Shown here piece by piece: positions 17,272 through 26,397 of a stretch of DNA of 43,092 bases. A program made the translations under genes and the position numbers. Source of the DNA: Candidatus Zixiibacteriota bacterium (GTDB lineage: Bacteria; Zixibacteria; MSB-5A5; JAABVY01); NCBI GenBank assembly GCA_014730285.1, contig WJIM01000141.1, forward strand, positions 1 through 43,092. Reading direction: 5' to 3'. The notes under the pieces were generated by a model. The model did not search any database, had not been told where the DNA came from, and was given only the letters and a program-made list of their open reading frames with translations. Within the stretch, counting starts at the first letter, position 1; every line of letters starts with the position of its first letter.

Positions 17272-17695
17272 ACAATACCTCATCCTCAATTACTACGCCT
17301 GTTTTCAATGTCTTCGAGACCGGACACTTCCCCGGAATCGACATCAATCTCTGTTTTTCCTCATCCGAAAAATCACCGCTGATTTCAACCGTGCGCTTAA
17401 TATGCTCGATATGGCTTCTCGGATCGCCTTCCTCGCAGGCCTTGCAGTCCTTGATATGCATACGGTTGTATTCCAGGGTAACCTCGCATCCGGTCAGATC
17501 GAGCTTCCTGCGGTCGGCATACCATCTAATAGTCATAGCTGTGCAGGCCGCCAGCGATGCCAGAAGCAAATCATACGGGTTGGGACCGACATTATCACCG
17601 CCTGCCTTTTCGGGTTCGTCGGCGGTCAGATCATGCTCCTGCATATGAATCTCGGTCGTGAATTTCTTTCCCAATGTTGCGGTTATAACTTTCAT
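17264..17695 (-). CDS. OsmC/Ohr-family (peroxiredoxin-like) protein
   Basis: 143 aa. GPNPYDLLLASLAACTAMT and CPVSKTL carry the two OsmC-family Cys motifs. Its stop overlaps the TolB-like start (ATGCATAA, 8 nt). Confidence 0.85.
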   Translation of the reverse strand: MKVITATLGKKFTTEIHMQEHDLTADEPEKAGGDNVGPNPYDLLLASLAACTAMTIRWYADRRKLDLTGCEVTLEYNRMHIKDCKACEEGDPRSHIEHIKRTVEISGDFSDEEKQRLMSIPGKCPVSKTLKTGVVIEDEVLYA

Positions 17696-17722
17696 TCCGC
17701 TCCTCCCAATTCGACAGACTTA

Positions 17723-18109
17723 TTATAAGCTGTCTATTACTTTCTGAAGCCTGTTTCTTACCTCGCTGGCGATTTCACCGAGCGACTCGTTTTTTACCGC
17801 AGCCATAGATTCCATAGGATCAACCGCCGAGACCTCAACCTTGCCCTCGGGATTGACCTGCACGATAACATTACACGGCAGCATTGTACCAATCTTATCC
17901 TCTTTCTGCAGGGCCTGATGAGCGAACTCCGGGTTGCAGGCACCCAGAATTCTATAATCCCGGAAATCGGCATCCAGTTTCTTCTTTAAGGTATCCTTGA
18001 CATCGATCTCGGTCAAAACTCCGAAGCCCTCGGTTTTCAATGCATCGGTTGCACGCTGAATAGCGTCTTCGAATGAATAGTCTACTGTTTTGCTGATGTG
18101 ATAAGACAT
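17723..18109 (-). CDS. DUF302-domain protein
   Basis: 128 aa. EGFGVLTEIDV...YRILGACNP...LPCNVIV is the pattern typical of DUF302. Confidence 0.75.
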   Translation of the reverse strand: MSYHISKTVDYSFEDAIQRATDALKTEGFGVLTEIDVKDTLKKKLDADFRDYRILGACNPEFAHQALQKEDKIGTMLPCNVIVQVNPEGKVEVSAVDPMESMAAVKNESLGEIASEVRNRLQKVIDSL

Positions 18110-18224
18110 CTCAACTCTCCTTCCCTTTTTAATTAGTATAATAGCAGATTCTTACATAAAGATGGATCATAATTTTTAATTTACTTTGCAAAATAAAGTT
18201 ACTATACAGTTACTCATTCGTATA

Positions 18225-19091
18225 ATGAGTAATGCTTTCAAAAAGTTCATTCGGGAATATATGATTTTAAGACTGACGATTGTTATTTTTTTTCTTGCGG
18301 GAAGTTCTGCAATCCTTGCCTCTGATCCTGAGCCGGATATTATAGGCGCCTCTGAGGGCATGAAACTGTACCGGATTCCCCTCACGAATCCGACCGACTC
18401 CCTTGAATATGATTTTTATATCTTGAAAATCGATCCTGATTATTATGAATTCGATCTTCTGGCGGCAATTGAAATCGATTCGGTGCCAAGAACTCCCTCA
18501 CTGTGGTGTTCCGAATTCGGATATGATCTCTGCTTCAACGCCGGTATGTATGCTGCCGATGAAATCACACCGCTCGGCTTTTGTAAAAGCAACGGGCACA
18601 TCCTCAATTCGAGGATTAATTATCACAAAGCCGTTCTCGCATTCGATCCAATGAATGACTCTGTCCCCACTGTCAAGATAATCAACAGGGGATGTGAAAA
18701 TCTCGATTCAGTCGAGAACCATTACCGAAGTATGGTTCAGAGTGTCCGCATGCTGGGATGCTCGGGCGGCAATGTCTGGAAGCAGTCGAATAAAAGACAC
18801 AGTATTCTGGCCGTCGCGACAGACAGCGAGGGATTGGTTTCCGTACTCTTTTCTCAGGCGCCGCTTTCTGTTTATGATTTCATTAATAATACAAATGCAC
18901 TTGATTTCGGTTTTGACGAAATGATTTATCTTGAGGGGAGCATTCCGGCCAGTTTGTATGTTAATACTGATGACTTCAGATTCAGTATTTCCGGAGCGGC
19001 CGAGGATTTGTGGCCGCTTAGAATATCAGGCTCAGGACTGAACCGGCTGCCCAATGTTATTGCGGTCAGAAAAAAGGAAGGCGGTAAATAG
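18225..19091 (+). CDS. Phosphodiester glycosidase (DUF2233/NAGPA-like) family exported protein; start uncertain (18186, 18225 or 18261)
   Basis: N-terminal hydrophobic segment (LRLTIVIFFLAGSSAILA). FNAGMY...PLGF...NG core and ...MIYLEGS... are typical of DUF2233. Confidence 0.6.
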   Translation: MSNAFKKFIREYMILRLTIVIFFLAGSSAILASDPEPDIIGASEGMKLYRIPLTNPTDSLEYDFYILKIDPDYYEFDLLAAIEIDSVPRTPSLWCSEFGYDLCFNAGMYAADEITPLGFCKSNGHILNSRINYHKAVLAFDPMNDSVPTVKIINRGCENLDSVENHYRSMVQSVRMLGCSGGNVWKQSNKRHSILAVATDSEGLVSVLFSQAPLSVYDFINNTNALDFGFDEMIYLEGSIPASLYVNTDDFRFSISGAAEDLWPLRISGSGLNRLPNVIAVRKKEGGK

Positions 19092-19095
19092 AGGT

Positions 19096-19836
19096 ATGTT
19101 TTATGATGAAATTTCCGAGTATTATGACCAGATGATTCCGATTGAAAAGCGAATTGCAAACCTCAAAAAAAACTTATCCCCAATCCTGAAGGAATATGAT
19201 ATAAAGACCGCCCTGGATGTAGGCTCAGCCACCGGAGCTACATGCACTGCATTGGCTGAGCTTGGAGTCGAGACAGTCGGAATTGAGCTCTCCTCTAAGA
19301 TGATTAAAATTGCCCGCGATCATGCCAGTCAGGCCGGATTAAAAATCAGATTCAAAAGGGCCGATATGACCGAGAATCAGCCCGGATTCGAAAAGCGTTT
19401 CGATGCTATCTTGGTGGTTGCCAACACGATATCCCACCTTCTGGATAAGAAATCACTTAATAAAGCTATTGCAAATTTCAAAAAATGGCTGACTCCGGGC
19501 GGGATTTTAGTGATACAGCTCTTGAACTACCACAGGATTTTCAAGGATAGAAAGCGAATCGTAAAAATATATAATAATGAAGAAAAAATATTCATACGCT
19601 TCTATGATTTTGGCAAAGATTTAATCAACTTCAATCTTCTTACGGTCGAAAACGAGCCGGGAGTCTGCGATTACGAGTTAAGCTCTGTGCCGCTGCGCGG
19701 CTGGAAAGCGAATGAAATCATTGATGTGATAAAGAGAAAGGGGCTTGTTTCCATTAAGAAGAGGGGGAATTTCAAAGGAGCAAAATTCGATCCGGCCAAC
19801 TCCAACGACTTAATCCTGACCTCGCGCAAAAAATAA
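19096..19836 (+). CDS. Class I SAM-dependent methyltransferase
   Basis: ALDVGSATG (motif I), a downstream acidic residue (GIELS) and a Methyltransf_11/25-like layout. Start taken at the ATG at 19096 (MFYDEISEYYD), 4 nt after the upstream stop. Confidence 0.8.
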   Translation: MFYDEISEYYDQMIPIEKRIANLKKNLSPILKEYDIKTALDVGSATGATCTALAELGVETVGIELSSKMIKIARDHASQAGLKIRFKRADMTENQPGFEKRFDAILVVANTISHLLDKKSLNKAIANFKKWLTPGGILVIQLLNYHRIFKDRKRIVKIYNNEEKIFIRFYDFGKDLINFNLLTVENEPGVCDYELSSVPLRGWKANEIIDVIKRKGLVSIKKRGNFKGAKFDPANSNDLILTSRKK

Positions 19837-19937
19837 TCTAACTCCGTATTTTGGATATTACACTCCCTGTGTTCATTTTGAAACCGTCAGAACATGCAGT
19901 TCCCGCAAATATTTTTCTCCATTTTACATTCCTCTCC

Positions 19938-19964
19938 TAAAATCTACTCTCTGCTTTCCGATAA
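19938..19964 (+). promoter_or_regulatory. sigma28 (FliA)-type promoter upstream of cheW
   Basis: TAAA (19938-19941), N15, then TCCGATAA (19957-19964), against the consensus TAAA-N15-GCCGATAA. About 170 nt upstream of the cheW ATG. Confidence 0.6.
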
Positions 19965-20133
19965 AAAAAATAGCCTTGGTAAATACCATCGCTTATTAAA
20001 AAGGAGGCTTCAATAGATTTTGGGAATCGTCTATGTACTTGAAGAATAAGCATGACTTCCAGGTCAATCCTTCAAAGAAAAACAACTTATATGCGCAAAT
20101 GAAGATATTAAGCAATACATTCCGGGAGGAAAT

Positions 20134-20646
20134 ATGACAGTATCAACAACCGAAGCCAAAACCTCTGCTGATTTCAAACAGGCTACTGCGGCAGGTGAGG
20201 ATCTTCTTCAGCTCGTTTCCTTCAAGCTTGGCGAAGAGGAATTCGGCGTCGATATCCTGAAGGTGCAGGAAATCAACCGTCTGGTGGAAATCACCAAAGT
20301 TCCCAGAGCGCCTGGTTTTGTAGAGGGCGTAATCAACCTGCGCGGCAAGGTAATTCCTATTATCGACCTGAGAAAGCGTTTCGGCCTCGATCTTAAGGAA
20401 CACGACAAAGACACTCGAATCGTTGTTGTCGATATCGACGGCAGCATCATGGGCATGATTGTAGATGCGGTCTCGGAAGTCCTGAGGCTTCCCACATCCA
20501 CGATTGAACCGGCCCCGGAAATCGCAACATCGATCGACAGCGAGTATATCCGCGGCGTTGCCAAGCTAGAAGATCGTCTGCTGATTTTCCTTGACCTTTC
20601 CAAGGTCTTTTCTCAGCAGGAACGGCAGGCTTTGAGCCAACTATAA
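20134..20646 (+). CDS. cheW: Chemotaxis coupling protein CheW
   Basis: 170 aa. FGVDILKVQEI...P..P.FVEGVINLRGKVIPIIDLRKRFG...IVV...G..VD.V.EV is the canonical CheW domain. SD gggagga. Confidence 0.9.
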   Translation: MTVSTTEAKTSADFKQATAAGEDLLQLVSFKLGEEEFGVDILKVQEINRLVEITKVPRAPGFVEGVINLRGKVIPIIDLRKRFGLDLKEHDKDTRIVVVDIDGSIMGMIVDAVSEVLRLPTSTIEPAPEIATSIDSEYIRGVAKLEDRLLIFLDLSKVFSQQERQALSQL

Positions 20647-20656
20647 AATTCATTTT

Positions 20657-20686
20657 CCGGGGAGCGTCAGGCTCCCCGGTTTTTTT
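20657..20686 (+). terminator. Rho-independent terminator after cheW
   Basis: ccggggagc (20657-20665) pairs with gctccccgg (20671-20679) around a 5-nt loop, followed by ttttttt. Confidence 0.8.
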
Positions 20687-20790
20687 ACAGTTTCCACAAT
20701 TAAGCACAGACCTTTTCCAAAAACCAATTTCAGAATCAAAACCCTCACTATTTAATGTGCAGTAATACTGCAATTTATGCAATATTTGTT

Positions 20791-20817
20791 TAAAGCATAG
20801 ATAGAATCGGTCGATAA
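20791..20817 (+). promoter_or_regulatory. sigma28 (FliA)-type promoter upstream of the chemoreceptor gene
   Basis: TAAA (20791-20794), N15, then GTCGATAA (20810-20817). About 100 nt upstream of the GTG start at 20916. Confidence 0.55.
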
Positions 20818-20915
20818 ATAAAATAACCTGACAGTATTACTAAGATTAGAGGAATCTTAAAAAAAATATTATTAAACCACATTAAATCAACGGCATTCTA
20901 TCCAAAGGAGGCAGA

Positions 20916-22670
20916 GTGAGTTGGAGGGATTTAAGAATCGGCATCAAGCTGGGTATCGGATTCGGGACAGTATTGATCCTGTTTGCCCTCTCGGGCATCA
21001 TCAACTTTAATAATCTTAATGGCATCAAAGATGGTATCCAAAATCTTACCCAGGCGCAAAAAGACAAGGCCTTTATGATCGAAAAGGAAGTTGATCATTT
21101 TAAATGGATTACCACATTGAGCCAGATTTTTCTGGATGAAAATGTTCATGAGGTAGGCGTTGAACTGGATGATCACAAATGCGGGCTGGGAAAATGGATG
21201 TACGGTGAAGCTGTTCAAAAGCTTGCATCCGAGGATCCCGAGTTTGCCTCGCTTATAGAGAAAATTAAGGATCCGCACCATAGATTGCATGCATCGGCTG
21301 AGCATATCCAGAACGCATACGAGCCCGATGAACAGGAGGCGCAGAAAAAAGCTCTGAGTTTATTTCAGGGTGAAACAAACGGCGCCCTGTCAGAGGTCCA
21401 GGCCGACCTGGCAGAAATACGGGACTATTTTCAAAATCAGGCCAATACTGCAAATAAACAAATGCAGGCCGGGATCAGCAGTTCTGTGGCGACAATTATA
21501 ATCGCCTCTTCTTTGGGCATAATTCTGGGACTGCTTGCCGCTTTATTTATCACCAGAGGAATTGCCAAACCTGTGGCGAATATTTCACGCGTGGCTGACG
21601 GTGTTGCTGTGGGTGAAATTGACCAGCAGATTGAAATAGAAAGCCGTGACGAGATCGGGAAATTGGCTCAGTCATTCAGGAAGCTGATTGATTACATGAA
21701 AGAGCTGGCCGTCGGAGCGGAAAATATAGCCAGAAACGATTTGACCACCGAAATAGAGCCAAAATCCGAGAAAGATGTGCTTGGCAATGCATTTAAGACA
21801 ATGAGTGACAACTTGATAAAAACGGTGCGTCAAATCGGCGATAACGCCTCACAGCTTGTCTCCGCCGCAACAGAGGTCGCCTCGACCTCGGAGCAGATGT
21901 CGCGCGGAGCACAGGATCAGACCAACCAAATCACGCAGATTTCAACCGCCATCGAGGAGATGACCGCCACAATTCTGGAATCGTCCAAGAATGCCGGCGA
22001 AGCCTCCGACGCTTCGAGATCGGCCTCCGATACTGCGGCGGACGGCGGGAAAGTAGTCTCGGAGACAATTGAGGGCATGCAGGGAATCTCAGAGGTTGTG
22101 AAACAGTCCTCGGGCTCGATCGGCAAGCTTTCCGGATCGGCCGAGCAGATTGGCGAAATTATCAGCGTGATCGACGATATTGCCGACCAGACCAACCTCC
22201 TTGCCCTGAACGCCGCAATCGAGGCGGCCCGTGCCGGTGAACAGGGACGCGGATTTGCGGTGGTTGCCGATGAGGTCAGGAAGCTGGCCGAACGTTCCGG
22301 AAATGCCACCAAAGAGATCACCGATATGATCAAGGGAATCCAGCGTGAAACAAGCGAGGCGGTTACATCCATGGAATCGGGGATTCAAAAGGTGGAAAGC
22401 GGCCAGGATCTGGCCAACAAGGCCGGTTCCAGTCTTACAGAGATCGTGAATATGTCACAGAGTGTCATGGATATGATCCAGCAGATCGCCACAGCCACCG
22501 AGGAGCAGTCGGCCGCGGCCGAACAGATATCAAAGAGCATCGAGAACATCTCATCAGTTACCAGAGAGACCTCCTCCGGCGCCGAACAGGCCGCATCCGC
22601 GGCAGAACAACTCAACCGCCAGGCTGATGGCTTGAAAACCATGGTTTCAAGATTCAAAATCGAATCCTGA
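20916..22670 (+). CDS. Methyl-accepting chemotaxis protein: TM1, CZB-like sensor domain, TM2, HAMP, MCP signalling domain
   Basis: GTG start after aaaggagg. Two TM segments (aa ~12-30 and ~188-212). HAMP (ITRGIAKPV...EIGKLAQSF). Conserved hairpin tip ([42 protein letters not shown]). CZB motif at aa 61-125. Confidence 0.9.
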   Translation: MSWRDLRIGIKLGIGFGTVLILFALSGIINFNNLNGIKDGIQNLTQAQKDKAFMIEKEVDHFKWITTLSQIFLDENVHEVGVELDDHKCGLGKWMYGEAVQKLASEDPEFASLIEKIKDPHHRLHASAEHIQNAYEPDEQEAQKKALSLFQGETNGALSEVQADLAEIRDYFQNQANTANKQMQAGISSSVATIIIASSLGIILGLLAALFITRGIAKPVANISRVADGVAVGEIDQQIEIESRDEIGKLAQSFRKLIDYMKELAVGAENIARNDLTTEIEPKSEKDVLGNAFKTMSDNLIKTVRQIGDNASQLVSAATEVASTSEQMSRGAQDQTNQITQISTAIEEMTATILESSKNAGEASDASRSASDTAADGGKVVSETIEGMQGISEVVKQSSGSIGKLSGSAEQIGEIISVIDDIADQTNLLALNAAIEAARAGEQGRGFAVVADEVRKLAERSGNATKEITDMIKGIQRETSEAVTSMESGIQKVESGQDLANKAGSSLTEIVNMSQSVMDMIQQIATATEEQSAAAEQISKSIENISSVTRETSSGAEQAASAAEQLNRQADGLKTMVSRFKIES

Positions 22671-22704
22671 GTAAATACAGCTTTCAATCCAACCACTATA
22701 AGAC

Positions 22705-22737
22705 AGAGGGGCCGCTACACGGCCCCTCTTTTTTTTA
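22705..22737 (+). terminator. Rho-independent terminator after the chemoreceptor gene
   Basis: agaggggccg (22705-22714) pairs with cggcccctct (22720-22729) around a 5-nt loop, followed by a run of T. Confidence 0.85.
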
Positions 22738-22861
22738 AAATATATTTTTAAGTTTAACGTATCACTCAGGAGGTATAAATTCAAAAGGAAATTTATTCCA
22801 GAATTCGCTTGACAAAATAAGTGAAAAGACTTTTATGTAATACTTATTTTTGTGAAGAACG

Positions 22862-22896
22862 TCACAAAGCTCTGACGGCAGAACGGCGCTTTGTGA
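22862..22896 (+). promoter_or_regulatory. Perfect 9-bp hairpin in the nuoA leader, abutting the ribosome-binding site
   Basis: tcacaaagc (22862-22870) pairs with gctttgtga (22888-22896). SD gaggagg is at 22895-22901 and the TTG start at 22907. Confidence 0.3.
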
Positions 22897-22906
22897 GGAG
22901 GTCACT

Positions 22907-23263
22907 TTGTTAGATAAATATCTTACCGTCGCGGTCTTTCTATTCGGCACAGTGGGCTTTGTTCTTGTAACTCTTTTCGTGGCAAAGTTGCTGCGTCCCT
23001 CACGCCCCTCTCAAATAAAACTCCAGAATTATGAATGCGGTGAATCCCCGGTCGGATCGTCATGGGTGCAATTCAACATTCGCTTCTATATTTTTGCACT
23101 TTTATTTGTTATTTTCGACGTTGAAACCGTATTCATTTTTCCCTGGGCGGTCGTTTACGACACTCTGGGATGGTTCGGTTTTATTGAGATGACGATTTTC
23201 CTGGCGATCCTGATTTACGGCCTGGTTTACGCCTGGAAGAAAGGTGTGTTGAAATGGGTATAG
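22907..23263 (+). CDS. nuoA: NADH-quinone oxidoreductase (NDH-1) subunit A
   Basis: 118 aa, three TM segments, YECGE motif. TTG start. Confidence 0.9.
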   Translation: MLDKYLTVAVFLFGTVGFVLVTLFVAKLLRPSRPSQIKLQNYECGESPVGSSWVQFNIRFYIFALLFVIFDVETVFIFPWAVVYDTLGWFGFIEMTIFLAILIYGLVYAWKKGVLKWV

Positions 23264-23775
23264 CATCAAAAGTTCCGGTTTATCTGGAGAAAGCTCCGGG
23301 CGGCGGAATCCTTACGACCTCGGTTGACAGAATTTTCAACTGGTCGCGCGCCTCATCACTCTGGTATTTGCTGTTCGGCACGGCTTGCTGTGCCATCGAG
23401 ATGATGTGTGCCGGCGCTTCCAGGTATGATTTCGATAGATTGGGTATGATTTTCCGTGCCTCTCCGCGTCAGTCCGATCTGATGTTCGTGGCGGGCACTA
23501 TCACACATAAAATGGCTTCGCGCGTTAAAATTCTCTACGAGCAGATGGCGGAGCCTCGCTATGTTATCGCAATGGGCGGATGTGCTGTCCGCGGCGGTCC
23601 TTTCTATTATGATTCTTACGCGGTACTGAAAGGCATAGACAAGGTCATCCCTGTGGATGTCTATATTCCCGGATGTCCTCCCCGGCCGGAATCGTTGATG
23701 GAAGGCTGCCTGAAACTCAGAGAGAAGATCAAAAAAGAGAAAATGGCCGACTGGAGTTCCGACAGTGCAGAATGA
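23254..23775 (+). CDS. nuoB: NDH-1 subunit B (N2 cluster subunit)
   Basis: [13 protein letters not shown] and PGCPP cysteine motifs. Overlaps nuoA by 10 nt. Confidence 0.95.
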   Translation: MGIASKVPVYLEKAPGGGILTTSVDRIFNWSRASSLWYLLFGTACCAIEMMCAGASRYDFDRLGMIFRASPRQSDLMFVAGTITHKMASRVKILYEQMAEPRYVIAMGGCAVRGGPFYYDSYAVLKGIDKVIPVDVYIPGCPPRPESLMEGCLKLREKIKKEKMADWSSDSAE

Positions 23776-24241
23776 GCGACTGGTTTCGCAGCTTACGGAA
23801 AAATTTGGCGACAAAGTAGAAAAGATCGAATTACATCCCCCGCAGGCCGCTGTGGTTGTGGATAAATCCATCTTAGTCGAATTCTTCAAATACATGAAGG
23901 AAGATGAGAACCTTAAAATGGATTTTCTTTCTTCGCTATCGGCCGTGGATTTTGTCGAGGACGGGATGGAGATGGTCTACCATCTCTGCTCAATTCAGTT
24001 GCGTCACAAAATAACAGTCAAAGTCAAGCTCGACAGGGAAAAACCGGAAGTGCACACAATCAGGGACATTCATCCCGGAGCTGACTGGTACGAGCGGGAG
24101 GCCTGGGAGCTTTTTGGTATTGATATCAGCGGACATCCCAATCTTAAGACATTCCTTCTTCCCGAGGACTGGGAGGACGGCTGGCCGATGCGCAGGGATT
24201 GGGAAGGCAATGATGATTTCGTAAAAATGCCCGAGTTTTAG
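23765..24241 (+). CDS. nuoC: NDH-1 subunit C
   Basis: 158 aa. ...[21 protein letters not shown] is the NuoC/30-kDa signature. GTG start overlaps the nuoB 3' end. Confidence 0.9.
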   Translation: MQNERLVSQLTEKFGDKVEKIELHPPQAAVVVDKSILVEFFKYMKEDENLKMDFLSSLSAVDFVEDGMEMVYHLCSIQLRHKITVKVKLDREKPEVHTIRDIHPGADWYEREAWELFGIDISGHPNLKTFLLPEDWEDGWPMRRDWEGNDDFVKMPEF

Positions 24242-24245
24242 ATAG

Positions 24246-25406
24246 ATGGACGAAAAAGAACTGAACATAGAAGATCAGGAAAGGGACGAGCAAAATCCCG
24301 TAGCCAGGGACCTGCATACCGAAGAATTCCTGGTCAATATGGGTCCTCAGCACCCCTCCACGCACGGCGTCTGCCGCCTGCTTCTGACCATGGACGGCGA
24401 GGTTATTGTCAAGGTCGAGCCATATATCGGCTACCTTCACCGCGCCCTGGAGAAAATTTGTGAAAACCGTATATACAAGCAGATTACGCCTTTCATGGAC
24501 AGATTTGAATATGTCTCCTCCATGCTGGCCGACTGGGTATATGCCCTCTGTGTGGAGAGAATCGGCGAAATTGAAATATCGCCGCGCGCCGAGCATCTGC
24601 GAGTAATCTTCGGAGAACTCCAGCGTATTGCCTCGCATCTGATCTACTGGGGCGTACTCGGCATGGATCTGGGCGCCTTTACCCCCTTCCTTTACGGTCT
24701 GCGTGAACGCGAGATGATTATGGATTTGTTCGAGGAGACCTGCGGCCAGAGACTGACTTACAATTATATCCGGGTGGGCGGTGTTTCGCATGATATTAAA
24801 CCCGGTTTCGAGCAGAAGTGCAAAAAATTTACCAAATATATGCGTGAGGTTCTCGAGGACTACGAAACACTTTTAAACGAAAATCCGATCTTCCTGAGCC
24901 GTACAAAGGACATAGGAATTGCGCCCCCCCATTTATCGATAGCCTACGGTGTATCCGGGCCATCGCTGAGAGCTTCGGGCGTGAAATATGATGTGCGCAA
25001 AGACGATCCCTACGGCTATTATGACAAATTTGAATTCGATATTCCCTGTGGAGAGAACTACGACACATGGGACCGCTATTATGCCCGTGTCTTCGAGATG
25101 TGGGAATCCACGAAAATCATCGATCAGGCTCTGGAAGGGCTGCCGGAGGGCGACCCTACATTTAAGATGAAGCCCAGCTTCAAGCTTCCCGAGGGCGAAG
25201 CTTATGTCCGTATCGAATCCGCCAGGGGTGAGATGGGCTGTTACATTGTCTCCAAAGGCGAGAAAAAGCCCTATCGCTTGAAACTGCGCGGATCATCGTT
25301 CAATAATCTGATGATTATCCCGGAAATCTCAACGGGGCTCAAGATTGCCGATCTGGTGGCGATCTTCGCTTCCTATGATATTATTATGCCGGAGGTTGAC
25401 CGCTGA
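24246..25406 (+). CDS. nuoD: NDH-1 subunit D (49-kDa subunit)
   Basis: 386 aa. NMGPQHPSTHGV, GYLHRALEK and the C-terminal DIIMPEVDR signature. Confidence 0.95.
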   Translation: MDEKELNIEDQERDEQNPVARDLHTEEFLVNMGPQHPSTHGVCRLLLTMDGEVIVKVEPYIGYLHRALEKICENRIYKQITPFMDRFEYVSSMLADWVYALCVERIGEIEISPRAEHLRVIFGELQRIASHLIYWGVLGMDLGAFTPFLYGLREREMIMDLFEETCGQRLTYNYIRVGGVSHDIKPGFEQKCKKFTKYMREVLEDYETLLNENPIFLSRTKDIGIAPPHLSIAYGVSGPSLRASGVKYDVRKDDPYGYYDKFEFDIPCGENYDTWDRYYARVFEMWESTKIIDQALEGLPEGDPTFKMKPSFKLPEGEAYVRIESARGEMGCYIVSKGEKKPYRLKLRGSSFNNLMIIPEISTGLKIADLVAIFASYDIIMPEVDR

Positions 25407-26395
25407 TGATTTTTGGTATCGAACTGCCTCAGATTGTATTTTCTACCATATATTTTGCCGCCAGTCTGGGTGTGGTTTTGCTGTTTGCGTTGTTTTTGGT
25501 CTGGTGGGAACGCAAAGTTTCCGCGCATATTCAGGTACGATTCGGGCCAATGATGACCGGTAAATGGCATGGCTGGTCGCAGACTCTTGCCGACGCCCTC
25601 AAACTTCTGCAAAAAGAGGATATCGTACCGCGGGATGCGGACAAGAGAGTTTATTTCTGGGCGCCGGTTGTGGTATTCGGCGCGACTATGATGACTTTCG
25701 TTGTAATCCCGTGGTCACCCCAATTTATCGCCGCAGATCTTAATGTGGGAATCCTTTACATAATTGCAATCACGACATTCACGATCATCAGCCTCCTGAT
25801 GGCGGGCTGGGGATCGAATAATAAATATTCGCTTCTGGGCGGAATGCGTTCCGCGGCCCAGATCGTATCCTACGAGGTGCCGCTGACACTTTCGATCATG
25901 GGCGTGGTGCTTCTGGCACAATCGCTTTCGATGCAGGATATCGTGGCCGATCAGGACAAGTTCTGGAACTGGAACATAATCCGCCAGCCCCTCGGCTTTG
26001 TTGTTTATATAATTGCGGCCACGGCTGAGGTCAACCGTACCCCCTTCGACCTGCCAGAGGCCGAGCAGGAGCTGGTGGCCGGTTTCAATATCGAATACTC
26101 GGGAATGAAATTCGCAATGTTCTTTCTGGCGGAATTCGTAAATATGTTCGTGGTCGCCGCTATCGCCACCACCCTTTTCCTGGGCGGATGGTGGGGACCA
26201 TTTGCCAATGAATCTCTGGGATGGCTCTGGTTTGTCTTAAAGACCCTGGGAGTTATCTTCGTATTAATGTGGTTCAGGTGGACTTACCCCCGTCTGAGGG
26301 TTGACCATCTGATGGAATTTGCATGGAAATGGCTTTTGCCGCTGGCATTTTTAAACCTTCTGGCAACAGGCCTTATATATAATCTGGTTAAGTAG
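25406..26395 (+). CDS. nuoH: NDH-1 subunit H
   Basis: 329 aa polytopic membrane protein. ERK.SA.IQ.R.GP and EVNRTPFDLPEAEQELVAGFNIEYSG motifs. The ATG overlaps the nuoD TGA (TGATG). Confidence 0.95.
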   Translation: MIFGIELPQIVFSTIYFAASLGVVLLFALFLVWWERKVSAHIQVRFGPMMTGKWHGWSQTLADALKLLQKEDIVPRDADKRVYFWAPVVVFGATMMTFVVIPWSPQFIAADLNVGILYIIAITTFTIISLLMAGWGSNNKYSLLGGMRSAAQIVSYEVPLTLSIMGVVLLAQSLSMQDIVADQDKFWNWNIIRQPLGFVVYIIAATAEVNRTPFDLPEAEQELVAGFNIEYSGMKFAMFFLAEFVNMFVVAAIATTLFLGGWWGPFANESLGWLWFVLKTLGVIFVLMWFRWTYPRLRVDHLMEFAWKWLLPLAFLNLLATGLIYNLVK

Positions 26396-26397
26396 TT

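Noticed and set aside
22809-22845. TTGACA at 22809-22814 as the nuo operon promoter.
   Set aside because: The best -10 candidates are either poor (tttatg at 17 nt) or at an impossible spacing (taatac at 23 nt). It is kept only as a remark, not as a feature.
23356-24791. Minus-strand ORFs of 179 and 215 aa opposite nuoB-nuoD.
   Set aside because: They are antisense to unambiguous NDH-1 subunit genes and have no features of their own.
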